Positions 34,988-45,809 of a stretch of DNA of 64,000 nucleotides are shown piece after piece. Under the pieces are notes generated by a model that saw nothing but the letters and a program-made list of their open reading frames with translations, made no database searches and had not been told where the DNA came from. The stretch comes from Candidatus Saccharimonadia bacterium. Its GTDB lineage: Bacteria; Patescibacteriota; Saccharimonadia; UBA4664. Location of the stretch: NCBI GenBank assembly GCA_035544015.1, contig DATKIP010000093.1, positions 1,156-65,155 on the forward strand, given 5' to 3'. Position numbers and translations under genes: made by a program. Position 1 is the first letter of the stretch; each line of letters opens with the position of its first letter.

Positions 34988-37900
34988 GTGATGGAGTTAC
35001 GCCGCCGGCTTCGCATAGGGAGAATCATTCTCCTGAGCACAGCGGCTCAGCTCGTAGCGACTATTTTTGGCGTCTCCGCAATTTTGGCGCCCATGCCGGT
35101 ACAATCCGCCCAAACCGTTCCCTACATGGTGAACTTCCAGGGCCGCCTCACCGACAATTCCGGCAACATCTTGAGCGACGGCCTATACAACGTCAAATTT
35201 CGCCTCTGGACCCTGGCTTCGGGCGGTACCAACGCCTGGGAAGCCGACCGAGTGCGCGGCGCCTCCGACCACCGCATCCAGATCACAAATGGCCTCTTCA
35301 ACATCCAATTTGGCGACACTACGCTCGGCGATCCCGCGCTTGGCCCCACGCTGTTTAGCAGCGGCACCTACCCCCTGTATCTGGAGGTTGAGCTACCCAC
35401 TCCCGCCACCGCCACCTGCTCCACCAACGGCTGTGCGAGCTTCACCGAAGGCGCCATGACCCCGCGCCAGCCGCTCGCCTCCACGCCCTACGCCTTCAGC
35501 GCCGACACCCTCGACGGCCTCGATTCGGCCGCTTTTGGCCAGCTCTCGGCCAGTAACACCTTCACCAGCGCCAATATTTTTAGCCCCAGCTCCGGTGTCG
35601 CCATCACGATCAAACCCGCCGCCGCCACTCACTCGCTCGACGTCAAAGACTCAAGCAATGTAATCCAAGCCTACTTCGATGCCAGTGGTATTCTCAATGT
35701 TGGGCAAACCATTCAGGCCACCACCTCTACCGTCGATCTGGGGACGAGCGGCTCCACCTTCCGTACCGGGTACTTTGGCACGAGCGTCCAAACCCCCACG
35801 CTCAACGCCGCTACTTCCGGCGCCACCATCACCACCAACGCTGGCACCTTGCAGCGCACCTCCTCCGGCGGCCTCACTATCGATCTCAAAGACGCCGGCG
35901 CCACCACACTCACCGTCACCAACTCGGGCGGGGGAGTGGCAGGCATCAGTGCCACCGGCGGCCTCACCATCGGCACCGGCAGGGTCATCACTGTGGGCGC
36001 CACCGCCGGCACCGGCGTTACCTGCAGCTCTGGCCAAATCCTCGACGCCATCACCGTCGCCGGCGGTGTCGTCACTGGCGGCAGCTGCATCGCGGCCGGC
36101 GGCGGCGACAAATTCCTCGCCGCCTGGACCTCACAGCAGGCTACCACCGCCACCAACACCCAGACCACGGTGCAGTTCACCGGCGCCGCCAACTCCGCAC
36201 CGAGCTTCAATAATGGCACGCACGTGCTCACCCTGCCCTCGAATGCCTCCCGGCTACTCATAGAATCCAAGGCCGGCGGCGGTGGTGGTGGCTCAGTGGG
36301 CACCACGAGCGCCGTGAAGGCGGCCGGTGGTGGCGGCGAAGGCGGCTTGTCGCAGCTATTCGTCGGCGGCAGCCTGGCTGCCAACTATTATTTCAAAGTT
36401 GGCGGCGGCGGCGCGGGCGGCGCCTCAGGCGGCACCAACACCGGCACCACCGGGAGCTCCAGCTGCCTCGGCACCAACTCCGGCGACGCCTGCACCACGC
36501 CGGCGGTCAACGCGGTCGGCGGCACCGGCGGCACTGGGGTCACCACCGCCGTGCCCGCCACCGGCGGCGCGGGCGGAGCGGCCGGCTCGGGCGCCGGCGA
36601 CGTGAAGCTCTCCGGCGCGCCCGGCTGCACCAGCACCGCCACCGCCACCACGGCCATCGTCAGCGGCTGCGGTGGCGGCCAAGGCGGCGGCGCCAGCCAG
36701 GCCGGAGCCGCCGCTGCCGCAAACGGCATCGCCGGCACCTCGGGCGGCGGCGGGAGCGGCGGCATCCAGGGCACCGCCGCGGTCACCTCGCGCGCCGGCG
36801 GCAACGGCGGCGACGGCTACGTGAAGATCTCCGTCTACGTCACGGTCGCCGGCACCGGCAACCCCGCCACGCTCCAGTCCGCCTACGACAACGCCACCAA
36901 CCCCGAAATCACCCTCTCTGGCAACGGCCTCACCGTTCGCGACTCGTCCGGGGGGCTGGGCAGCAACCTGTTTGAGGTCCAGGACAACGCTGGCGCCACC
37001 ACCTATCTTGGCGTCACCACCTCCGGCATCACCACCAGCGGCACCGTCACCGCCAGCACTACCGGCACCATCAACGGCCTGTCCGTGAGCGCCGGCGCGC
37101 TTAGCGGCATCACCGGCTACACCCAAGCCTCGGGCACGTTTAGCCAAACCTACGCCACCGCCACCGCCGGCACCTCCGGCCAAGTTCTTGGCTTCTCCAA
37201 CACCAATGCCGGCGCGGGCGTCACCGTCCAGGGCACCAAAATCACCCCCAGCAACGCCACCCCCGGGTCCGGCACCAACACCCTCAACGTCCTCGACTTC
37301 GCCGCCGGCAACTCGCTTGGTGCCGGCGCGCTCACCAACGGCATCAACTTCGAATCCGCCACCGGCTACACCGCGTTCATCAACACCCCCACCTACAAGC
37401 TCGAATCCGACGGCGACCAAACCGCCGCCTTCACCGCCCTCGACGGCACCTCCACCGCCAACGGCGCCGGCACCAACGCCACCACCCTCATCCTCACTTC
37501 GGCCGCCAACTTCGACATCGGCAATTACGTGCAGGTCAACTCGGCCAACTGCGGCGGCACCGGCGTCAACCCGTGCTATGCCAAAATCACGGCCAAAGCC
37601 ACCAACACGCTCACCATCACCCCCGCGCTCACCTGGGCCAACGCCGCCGTCGTGAATGAATACCACCTGCCCGAAATCGGCGGCACCGACACCGCCCAAA
37701 CCCTCGCAGGCCGCTACGGCCGCGGCTACTTCATCGCCGGTGTCGCTACCGGCAACGGCACCACCTATTACAATGAGGACTCCATCGACTCCAGCCTCAC
37801 CTCGTTCAACCTGCTCACCTCGAACGTCACCACGCTCAATATCGGCACCGCCGCCACTACACTTGCCATTGGCTCGGCCAGCACCAGCGTCAGCGTTCCC

Positions 37901-39934
37901 GGTACGTTCACGGTTGCCGGCCAGTCCATCGTCAACGGTTCCGGCCAAATCAACGGAGCCCAAATCCAATCCGGCACCATCGCCAACGCCGCGCTCGCAA
38001 GCCCCAGCCTCACCGTCGCCGCCGGCACCGGGCTGAGCGGCGGCGGCAGCGTGGCGCTCGGTGCCGGCACTAGCCTCGCGGTGGTGTACGGCAGCTCGAG
38101 TACCTCGGCCGTCCGCGGCGACACCGCGCTCACGTGCCCGAGCGGCTCGGGCAACCTCTCGGGCGGCGGCACCGCCATTACGCTCGGTACCGGCGGCACG
38201 TGCGGCGCCATTACCATCTCAAATGCCCCCACCTTCACCACCAGCGTCACGAGCCCCACTATCAACGCTACCTCCGGTTTCCAGGCCAACGGCACCCCCG
38301 CGGTCGGCAGCACCTGCGGCGCCGGCGCGGCGATCACCGGCGCCACCTTCACCACCGGCATCCTCACGTCGGCCGGCACCTGCACCACCTTCCAGACCGC
38401 CGGCAGCTACCTCGTGCAAGCCCCGGCCTCTTCGGCCGCCAATACCGTCACCGCGCCCACCGGCGTGGTGGGCCTGAGCGTCAAAGGCACCACTGGCACC
38501 GCTGCGCACCTCCTAGATGTCTACAACTCGGCGGTCAGCCCCACCGTTCAATCGTTCTTCGATCTAAACGGCGCATTCAACACCGCCCAGGCCATCGTTG
38601 CCCCCACCAGCACCAACTCCATCAACGGCCTTGTCATCAACGCCGGTGCGCTCACCAGCGTCGGCAACATTACCGGCGCCGGCGCCGTCACGCTCCAGTC
38701 GGCTGCCGCCACAGCGCTCACCATCGATTCCGGCACCACCGGCGCCATCAACATCGGCACCGGCACCACGTCGGCCAAAACCATCACCATCGGCCCTAGC
38801 GCCACTAACACCAACGCCACCACCTACAACCTCGGCGTCAATACCGCCGGCACCCAAGACATCAACATCGGTTCCGCCGGCTCCGGTGACGCCGCCGCCG
38901 GCACTACCGTGAGCATCCAGGCCGGCACCACTGCCGGCACCGCGCTTATGCTCGGCACCAACGGCGCCGGCGGCATCACCATCGATTCCGGCACCACCGG
39001 CGCCATCAACATCGGCACCGGCGCCAATGCCAAAACACTCACGCTCGGCAACACCACCACCACGGCCGTCACCAACATCCTCGGCGGCGCCACCGGCGCT
39101 ATCAACATTGGTACCGTGGGCAGCGCGGCCACCGCCTCGGCGGTCCACGTCGCCGACACCAGCGGCAATGCCGTCCAAGGCGTCACCATCGGCTCCATCG
39201 GCAGCACCAGCAGCGCCACCACGCTCCAGGCCGGCGGCACGCTCACGCTCAAGGGCGCCAGCTCCTCCGCCACCGCCGTCCAGATCCAAACCGCCGCCGG
39301 CACCAACCTGCTCGTCTTCGACACCAGCGCCAGCCGCCTCACCGTCGGCGTGGTCGACGGTACCGGCACCTTGCTCGTCTTCGACTCCAAAAACACCACC
39401 GGCGACCCCACCGGCGTGGGCGGCGGCGAATACTACAACTCCAACAACAACAAATTCCGCTGTTTCCAAAACAGTGTTTGGCAAGATTGCATCTCCCACA
39501 CCGTCCTGCGGCTCGCCGCCGACGTCATCAACAACAACGCCACCGCCAACACCATGGCCGACGTCACCGGCCTCACGTGGAGCGTCACCTCCGGCACCCT
39601 CTACACCTTCAGCTGCACCATCTCGTACACCGCCGCTGCCACCACCACCGGGTCGAGGTGGTCCATCAACGGCCCGGCCACCCCAACCGCGCTGTTTTAC
39701 AAATCCCAATACTCACTCACTACAACCACCTACACCACCAACGACCCCGTAAACGCCTACGACAGCCCGGCCGCCTCCAGCGCCTCCTCGGCCGCCATCA
39801 CGGGCAACAACATCGCTACGGTCAGCGGGTTCATCCGCCCGTCCGCCAACGGCACCGTAGCACTGCGATTTGCCTCCGAGGTGTCGAGCTCGGCCATTAC
39901 CGCCAAAGCCGGCAGTACCTGCGAATACTGGTAG
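34988..39934 (+). CDS. giant Thr/Gly/Ala-rich surface adhesin / tail-fibre-like protein (1648 aa)
   Basis: N-terminal TM, NFQGRLTD..G..L.DG.YNVKFRLW domain, Gly-rich domain, beta-strand repeats TIDSGTTGAINIGTG. Confidence 0.8.
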   Translation: MMELRRRLRIGRIILLSTAAQLVATIFGVSAILAPMPVQSAQTVPYMVNFQGRLTDNSGNILSDGLYNVKFRLWTLASGGTNAWEADRVRGASDHRIQITNGLFNIQFGDTTLGDPALGPTLFSSGTYPLYLEVELPTPATATCSTNGCASFTEGAMTPRQPLASTPYAFSADTLDGLDSAAFGQLSASNTFTSANIFSPSSGVAITIKPAAATHSLDVKDSSNVIQAYFDASGILNVGQTIQATTSTVDLGTSGSTFRTGYFGTSVQTPTLNAATSGATITTNAGTLQRTSSGGLTIDLKDAGATTLTVTNSGGGVAGISATGGLTIGTGRVITVGATAGTGVTCSSGQILDAITVAGGVVTGGSCIAAGGGDKFLAAWTSQQATTATNTQTTVQFTGAANSAPSFNNGTHVLTLPSNASRLLIESKAGGGGGGSVGTTSAVKAAGGGGEGGLSQLFVGGSLAANYYFKVGGGGAGGASGGTNTGTTGSSSCLGTNSGDACTTPAVNAVGGTGGTGVTTAVPATGGAGGAAGSGAGDVKLSGAPGCTSTATATTAIVSGCGGGQGGGASQAGAAAAANGIAGTSGGGGSGGIQGTAAVTSRAGGNGGDGYVKISVYVTVAGTGNPATLQSAYDNATNPEITLSGNGLTVRDSSGGLGSNLFEVQDNAGATTYLGVTTSGITTSGTVTASTTGTINGLSVSAGALSGITGYTQASGTFSQTYATATAGTSGQVLGFSNTNAGAGVTVQGTKITPSNATPGSGTNTLNVLDFAAGNSLGAGALTNGINFESATGYTAFINTPTYKLESDGDQTAAFTALDGTSTANGAGTNATTLILTSAANFDIGNYVQVNSANCGGTGVNPCYAKITAKATNTLTITPALTWANAAVVNEYHLPEIGGTDTAQTLAGRYGRGYFIAGVATGNGTTYYNEDSIDSSLTSFNLLTSNVTTLNIGTAATTLAIGSASTSVSVPGTFTVAGQSIVNGSGQINGAQIQSGTIANAALASPSLTVAAGTGLSGGGSVALGAGTSLAVVYGSSSTSAVRGDTALTCPSGSGNLSGGGTAITLGTGGTCGAITISNAPTFTTSVTSPTINATSGFQANGTPAVGSTCGAGAAITGATFTTGILTSAGTCTTFQTAGSYLVQAPASSAANTVTAPTGVVGLSVKGTTGTAAHLLDVYNSAVSPTVQSFFDLNGAFNTAQAIVAPTSTNSINGLVINAGALTSVGNITGAGAVTLQSAAATALTIDSGTTGAINIGTGTTSAKTITIGPSATNTNATTYNLGVNTAGTQDINIGSAGSGDAAAGTTVSIQAGTTAGTALMLGTNGAGGITIDSGTTGAINIGTGANAKTLTLGNTTTTAVTNILGGATGAINIGTVGSAATASAVHVADTSGNAVQGVTIGSIGSTSSATTLQAGGTLTLKGASSSATAVQIQTAAGTNLLVFDTSASRLTVGVVDGTGTLLVFDSKNTTGDPTGVGGGEYYNSNNNKFRCFQNSVWQDCISHTVLRLAADVINNNATANTMADVTGLTWSVTSGTLYTFSCTISYTAAATTTGSRWSINGPATPTALFYKSQYSLTTTTYTTNDPVNAYDSPAASSASSAAITGNNIATVSGFIRPSANGTVALRFASEVSSSAITAKAGSTCEYW

Positions 39935-39944
39935 GCCAGGCTCC

Positions 39945-40899
39945 TTAGCGCGCAGTCGATACCGAGCTATAGCTCGTTACCCAGTCGTAAATCTGCTTCG
40001 AGGTGTCGGCCATTTTTTGGCTTACCATTGCGTCATCGCCTTGCATCATCACGCACAGCAAATACGGCCGCTTCGGCACATAAAAAATACCACAATCACT
40101 ATGCACATTGGCCGGGTTAAATACCCCAATCTTGTGGGCTACCGTCACGTCCTTGGGGGTATATTTCGTGATCCGGCCAGTGAACGCAGTTTTTGACATC
40201 AGCGCCAAAATCGCCTGCGAACTATCGGGTTTGAGGTAGCACGACAAATACAAGCACTTCAGGATCGAAGAATACCCCCGCGAGCTAATCACCGCGTCGC
40301 CGGTCTTCGTGGTGTCGTGGTCGATGTCGAGCGCCGGGAGCGATTGCTCGTTGGCCGCCAGCATGCCCCGCGTCAGGCGGTTAATCAGCCGCGCGGCCGT
40401 ATTGTCGGATTGCGTGAGGGCCAAGTTGGCCGCCTCTTGCAGCGTCAGCGAGCCGCCCGCACCCTTTTTGTACAAATCGCCAAACGAGGCATCAAGGTCA
40501 TCGGCGGTTAGCTGCGCCGTGTCGCCCAGATGAATCCGGCCCAGCTCGACCGCGTGATACAGATCCATCACGAGCGGCAGCTTCACGAGCGACGCCGCGA
40601 TCAGCTCGCTTTCACCATTAATACGGATCGTCGTGCCCGTCGGCAAGTACTCAAAATAAAAACTAAACGGCTCCGTCTCGGTCCCAAATCGCTCGCGCAG
40701 CGCCGCCCGCAGCGAGGTGAAATTGATGATGGTGTCGTTGGGATTATCGGCAAACACCCGCCGCGCGAGCAGAGGATGCTGCGCCGATTCGCTCACCGTC
40801 TGAGCATTGTTCACCCCCACCATCGCCGCCCAGGCATACCCCAGGCCCAATATCGACAGCCCCACAACCCCCAGTAGCACATAACGTCGGTATTTCATG
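39945..40899 (-). CDS. class A beta-lactamase-like serine hydrolase with N-terminal anchor
   Basis: AASLVK (SxxK), SDN, HKIG motifs. Confidence 0.88.
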
Positions 40900-41017
40900 T
40901 CATCCCATGATAGCCCATTCGAGAGCCTCAATCCAGATGGTAGCCTTGAAAAACCCCGCCCTCTCGTGTATTATTTGCCAGTACCTTTTCCGATCAAGCA
41001 TAATGAAACTCGGTCGT

Positions 41018-41093
41018 GGCGAGATAGCTCAGTTGGTAGAGCAGTGGCCTGAAGAGCCTCGTGTCCTCGGTTCGAGTCCGAGTCTCGCCACCA
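41018..41093 (+). tRNA. tRNA-Phe (GAA)
   Basis: GGCGAGA/TCTCGCC+ACCA; anticodon loop CTGAAGA (one T-T mismatch in stem). Confidence 0.95.
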
Positions 41094-41100
41094 TATATAT

Positions 41101-41176
41101 GCGGGTGTAGCTCAGTTGATAGAGCGCCTCCTTGCCAAGGAGGAGGTCCAGGGTTTGAGTCCCTGTACCCGCACCA
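41101..41176 (+). tRNA. tRNA-Gly (GCC), non-canonical elbow
   Basis: GCGGGTG/TACCCGC+ACCA; CCTCC-TTGCCAA-GGAGG; D-loop GA, T-loop TTTGAGT. Confidence 0.93.
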
Positions 41177-41212
41177 AAAGAAACACACCTTCCGCCGAAG
41201 GTGTGTTTCTTT
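41177..41212 (+). terminator. intrinsic terminator
   Basis: AAAGAAACACACCTTC-CGCC-GAAGGTGTGTTTCTTT. Confidence 0.88.
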
Positions 41213-41291
41213 GTGTATCACCCTATGGGGATGAACTTTCTTCTCGCAGTGAGGCACGTTCTCGCGGCTTCATTCTGCTACTATAAAACGC

Positions 41292-41948
41292 ATGACCCAA
41301 GCAGAAATCATCCTCAAAACCCAAGCCTTTTTGAAAGACAAATTTAGCACCGAAAGTTCCGGCCATGATTACTGGCACATGTACCGTACTTGGAAGGTTG
41401 CCAAGCACATTGCCGCGAGTGAGCCGGATGCGGACATGGTTACTGTTGAGCTGGCTGCCCTCCTGCACGATATTGCCGACTGGAAATTCCATGATGGTGA
41501 CGAAGAAGCTGGCCCGCGAGCAGCGCGGAAGTGGCTCGAGAGCTTGGAGGTGAGCAATGATATCATCGAGCACGTTCAAGACATTATCCGCAATGTATCG
41601 TTTAAAGGCGCAAATGTTGAGACGAAGCTTAATACAATTGAAGGCAAAATTGTCCATGATGCCGACAAGCTTGATGCCATTGGCGCAATCGGCATCGGCC
41701 GGACGTTTGCGTATGGCGGTGCGAAAGGTCGACCCATGCATGATCCAAACCAAGCTGCGGAACAACATAACACGTTCGAGGCTTACAAAAACAGCAATAG
41801 TCCAACCATTAATCATTTTTACGAAAAGCTCCTCCTCCTGAAAGATCGCATGTTTACCAAAACCGGCAAAGAACTGGCCAGGCACCGTCATGAAGTTATG
41901 GAGCAATTCTTGAAGGAGTTTCTCGAAGAATGGGAAGGCAAGGGCTGA
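41292..41948 (+). CDS. HD domain phosphohydrolase (YedJ-like)
   Basis: GHDYWHMYR, ALLHDIAD, VHDADKLDAIGAIGIGR, HFYEKLL. Confidence 0.92.
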   Translation: MTQAEIILKTQAFLKDKFSTESSGHDYWHMYRTWKVAKHIAASEPDADMVTVELAALLHDIADWKFHDGDEEAGPRAARKWLESLEVSNDIIEHVQDIIRNVSFKGANVETKLNTIEGKIVHDADKLDAIGAIGIGRTFAYGGAKGRPMHDPNQAAEQHNTFEAYKNSNSPTINHFYEKLLLLKDRMFTKTGKELARHRHEVMEQFLKEFLEEWEGKG

Positions 41949-42015
41949 ACTCTGGTCCATTGGGCTCTATTATCCAATTTTGCTATGATGAAATGCAGCA
42001 ATAGGAGGGTGGGCC

Positions 42016-42618
42016 ATGAGAAAATTAATTGTCCAAGAATTTATCACCTTAGATGGCATCATGCAGGCACCGGGCGGACCCGACGAAGACACAGCCAGCG
42101 GTTTCAAATACGGCGGCTGGACCGCACCGTATTTTCGCGAAGCCGACGATGCGGCCGGCGAGTTCATGGCGGAATGGATGCGGTCGACCGATATTCTGCT
42201 GGGCCGAAAGACGTATGATATCTTTGCTGCCTACTGGCCCAAACACGCCGATATGTGGCCCGGAATCAATGACGTTACGAAATACGTTATGAGCACTACT
42301 AAGACCAAGTCAGACTGGCAAAACACCGTGTTTCTGAAGAGCGTCGATGATCTCAAGCAGTTGAAGACTGGCGAAGGCTCTGATATCAAAGTCCACGGGA
42401 GCGGCAACCTGGCCCAGACGCTATTCAAGCATGATTTGGTCGATGAGCTGCATCTCATAACATACCCGATCACGCTCGGTACGGGCAAGCACTTGTTTGA
42501 TAAGGGCGCGATTGCCGCGGCCTTCACGCTGATGGACAGCCACGTGGCACCCAACGGCGTAATTTTCGCGAGCTACAGGCGCGCGGGTGAAGTTAAGACA
42601 GGTATTGTCGGAGCTTGA
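42016..42618 (+). CDS. dihydrofolate reductase-like (RibD C-terminal domain) protein
   Basis: FITLDGIMQAPG, LLGRKTY, GSGNLAQ, LVDEL. Confidence 0.92.
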   Translation: MRKLIVQEFITLDGIMQAPGGPDEDTASGFKYGGWTAPYFREADDAAGEFMAEWMRSTDILLGRKTYDIFAAYWPKHADMWPGINDVTKYVMSTTKTKSDWQNTVFLKSVDDLKQLKTGEGSDIKVHGSGNLAQTLFKHDLVDELHLITYPITLGTGKHLFDKGAIAAAFTLMDSHVAPNGVIFASYRRAGEVKTGIVGA

Positions 42619-42686
42619 GGGGGACTATAAATCGTATATGAGTATATAAAGCCAAAGTCCCAAGGCGGACCCATAGACCGAATATT

Positions 42687-42824
42687 ATGGCAAAATTAAT
42701 ATACCTGATGACGACGTCGCTAGACGGCTATGCCGATAAAAATGGCAATTTTGATTGGGCGATGCCCAGTGAAGAAGTCCGCGCTTTCGTAAATGAGATT
42801 GTCCGGCTACAAAAGGTCTGGTGA
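42687..42824 (+). pseudogene. truncated RibD-C/DHFR-family gene fragment
   Basis: Translates as MAKLIYLMTTSLDGYADKNGNFDWAMPSEEVRAFVNE.., the N-terminus of this family, and stops after 45 aa. Confidence 0.7.
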
Positions 42825-42912
42825 CATAAAAACCGGTTCATTTGTCTAAGACGCGAGTCTAAAGTTTGTAGTGTGATGGTCTACGATCAACAACCCTGTT
42901 AAAATAGGGTTT

Positions 42913-45030
42913 ATGAAGAACGCATCCATGCGTACGCTCCGCATCATTTTTGCCCTCGGTCTGCTGACCGTACTGGCCCTGCCCAACGGCAGGACCTCTA
43001 TATTCGCGGCTCACGAAAGCGTGGCAGAACACGATGACGACGGTGCTGAACATGCCGCAAATGACCTCGCAAGCACGCCAATCAGCGAGATTGAGCTCAG
43101 AACCGCGCAAAACAAGGGGCAAGTTATACGCGAGACGGGGGTTGAGCCAGGTGCGGCTAGGTCCACAAAGGTGGGCGCCAGCGAGCCTACCTTTTCCGCC
43201 GCGGCTGTGAGCGCAGATCCCGGGCAATCCGGGCAATGGAGTTCGGTGTTTGGAACGGAAGTTATGCCGGTGTTTGAGGCAGTATTACCCAACGGCAAGG
43301 TCTTGATGTGGGACTCAGTCGGCGACAACGCCGCCGAGACGTATCCGGATCAGAGTTTTACGCGGGCGATGGTCTGGGACCCAACCAACAACTCGTTTAG
43401 GCGCGTGGATCTTCAAGGCTACAATATTTTCTGCGCCGGTTTCGCCCATCTCCCGAACGGCAATGTGCTCGTCGCCGGTGGCAACGCCAATCAGGCCCTA
43501 GCCGGCATCGTGCAAACCCACATCTTCGATTGGCAAACCGAGACCTGGACTCGTGGTGCCGACATGGCAAGCGGACGCTGGTATCCGTCGGTGGCGACAA
43601 TGGCCAACGGCGAACACGTGATTGTCGGTGGTGGACCAGCAATCGCCGAGGTTTACCAAACGAACGGAGCGATACGGGCCCTCACAGGCTTTACCAATGC
43701 GACCTACGGCGGCCGCGCCTATCCGTTTATGATGTCCCGGCCAGACACCCAGCTCGGTCTCTTTGGGCCCTACGACGCCATCTATACCCTCATTACTTCC
43801 GGAAACGGAGCCATCACGGGCACGGGCGCCCGCGACGGCAAGTTTCGCGACTACGGAAGTTTCGCGACCTACGACATCGGCAAATCACTCGTAGTAGGCG
43901 GCGGCAAGCTGACGGAGGGCGGGGTCGCGAATGTCCCCACAAAGACCGCCGTTGTCGTAAACAGCAATGCCGGACTTGTGCCGACCACTACCGCTACCGG
44001 TTCTATGTCGACCGGACGACGGCAGTTCAACGCCACCGTGCTCGCCGACGGTTCGGTATTGGCGACTGGCGGCCTCACCAGTGGCGCGCCTAATGTTGAC
44101 TTGAATCACGCCATCACATCGGCCGAACGCTGGGACCCCGCGACGGGTGCTTGGAAAGTGCTCGCTAGCGCCAGTCGCATTCGGCAATACCACTCGACCG
44201 CGGCTCTGCTGCCCGACGGCCGAGTCATGACGGGCGGGGGAGGTATCTGCGGCCCGTGTATGGACGTCGGCTATCTCGAAAAGAACATTGAATACTTCAC
44301 GCCGCCGTATCTGTACAAGAAAGACGGAAGCGGCCAACTCGCACCACGACCGGTGATCCAGACGGCACCAACAGCTATCGGCGTTAACACCAACTTCTCC
44401 GTCTCATTCAGCGGGGCTACAAGCATCCAGAAGGTTGGACTCATCGGGCTAAGTGACGTCACTCACGACGTAAATCAAGGACAGCGGTATGTGCCACTGA
44501 GGTTCCAGGTCTCGGGCACAACCTTAACCGTCACCGGTCCACCAAACAGTGGAGTAGCCCCTCCGGGGTATTACCTGCTCTTTATCACCGATTCTGCCGG
44601 CGTTCCATCAGTTGCGAAGATCCTCCAAGTTGCTGGGGGACCAACGCCATTGATGAGTCCCGTGAAGAACACCGGGGCCGGACGCTGTGTCGACATCCCC
44701 GCTTCGGCTCTTGCGATCCGCACCTACACTCAGACATACGCCTGCAACAACACGAAAGCGCAAGCACTGACCCGGCTGCCGAATGACAACACGCTGCGCG
44801 TACTTGGCAACTGCATCGACATTCCGGGGTCCAACTTTGTTTCCGGTCAGAAGATTTGGACATACACCTGCAACGGCACCAGCGCGCAAGCCTGGCAATT
44901 CGGCGCCGACGGCACGATACGGCCTATCGCAAAAACTACGCTGTGCCTTGCCACCGCCTCGACCGCCAATAATGCCGCCATATCGGTCGCCACGTGTAAC
45001 GGCAGCACCCTCCAGAAGTGGACCTGGTAG
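42913..45030 (+). CDS. secreted galactose-oxidase-like copper radical oxidase (AA5) with C-terminal ricin-B lectin
   Basis: FCAG, RWYPS, QYHS, VTHD ligand motifs; PPGYYLLF; CVDI/QAW/QKW ricin repeats. Confidence 0.9.
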   Translation: MKNASMRTLRIIFALGLLTVLALPNGRTSIFAAHESVAEHDDDGAEHAANDLASTPISEIELRTAQNKGQVIRETGVEPGAARSTKVGASEPTFSAAAVSADPGQSGQWSSVFGTEVMPVFEAVLPNGKVLMWDSVGDNAAETYPDQSFTRAMVWDPTNNSFRRVDLQGYNIFCAGFAHLPNGNVLVAGGNANQALAGIVQTHIFDWQTETWTRGADMASGRWYPSVATMANGEHVIVGGGPAIAEVYQTNGAIRALTGFTNATYGGRAYPFMMSRPDTQLGLFGPYDAIYTLITSGNGAITGTGARDGKFRDYGSFATYDIGKSLVVGGGKLTEGGVANVPTKTAVVVNSNAGLVPTTTATGSMSTGRRQFNATVLADGSVLATGGLTSGAPNVDLNHAITSAERWDPATGAWKVLASASRIRQYHSTAALLPDGRVMTGGGGICGPCMDVGYLEKNIEYFTPPYLYKKDGSGQLAPRPVIQTAPTAIGVNTNFSVSFSGATSIQKVGLIGLSDVTHDVNQGQRYVPLRFQVSGTTLTVTGPPNSGVAPPGYYLLFITDSAGVPSVAKILQVAGGPTPLMSPVKNTGAGRCVDIPASALAIRTYTQTYACNNTKAQALTRLPNDNTLRVLGNCIDIPGSNFVSGQKIWTYTCNGTSAQAWQFGADGTIRPIAKTTLCLATASTANNAAISVATCNGSTLQKWTW

Positions 45031-45040
45031 GCTCGTCTCG

Positions 45041-45724
45041 CTATTGAGTTTTGGTGAGGTACTCGTGCAGAGCCTTGCCCACACTCAATGCTGAAGCGGG
45101 ATTTTGGCCGGTTATCAGGTTTTTGTCGACCTCAATATTTTCTTGCCATAGCGGGTGCTTGGTGTATTTGGCTCCGCGTGCCACGAGCGCGCTTTCTAGC
45201 AAAAATGGCATTACCTTATCGAGATTGATGGCGCGCTCTTCGTCGTCGCTGAAGGCCGCCAGGTTTTTGTCTTTCACCAAAAAGCTGCCGTCACTCAACT
45301 TTACATTAACCAGTCCGGCGGGCCCGTGACAAACAGCCGCCACCCCTTTGCCGTCCTCAAACATTTTTGACGTTATGTGCTGGAGCGCGAGATTATCCGC
45401 AAAGTCCCACATCGTGCCATGACCGCCCACGTAGTAAATCGCCGCGTAGGTGTCCGGGTCAATATCCGCTGGCCGCAAGGTGTCAGCCAGCTTGCTCTGC
45501 AATTCGTCGTCTTCCATGAGTTGTTTTTGGAGCGGATCAGCCTCATCGTACCCATCGGCTCGAACAGCCCCACCGAGCGGGCTCACAAAATCAATTGCAT
45601 ACCCGTTGCCTCTCAAAAAAGCGTAGGGCTCGCCCATTTCGCTAAAGTGAAAGCCAGTTTTGCGGCCTGTCGAACCAAGCTCGGTGTGGCTCGTAACGAC
45701 AAAGAGTAGTTTTTTCATGATCAT
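45041..45724 (-). CDS. DJ-1/PfpI family (type 1 glutamine amidotransferase-like) protein
   Basis: GGHGTMWD, AVCHGPA, ITGQNPAS. Confidence 0.93.
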   Translation of the reverse strand: MIMKKLLFVVTSHTELGSTGRKTGFHFSEMGEPYAFLRGNGYAIDFVSPLGGAVRADGYDEADPLQKQLMEDDELQSKLADTLRPADIDPDTYAAIYYVGGHGTMWDFADNLALQHITSKMFEDGKGVAAVCHGPAGLVNVKLSDGSFLVKDKNLAAFSDDEERAINLDKVMPFLLESALVARGAKYTKHPLWQENIEVDKNLITGQNPASALSVGKALHEYLTKTQ

Positions 45725-45809
45725 CCCGCTTTCATTTACTGCTCAAAATAATATATCATTGCGAGTATACAAATAATAAGTACACACTTTTATGTGGTAT
45801 AGTACCCAT

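Noticed and set aside
35122-39948. Many long overlapping ORFs on both strands within the adhesin and other GC-rich genes
   Set aside because: Expected from stop-poor GC-rich, Thr/Ala/Gly-biased codon usage; they show no motifs or RBS.
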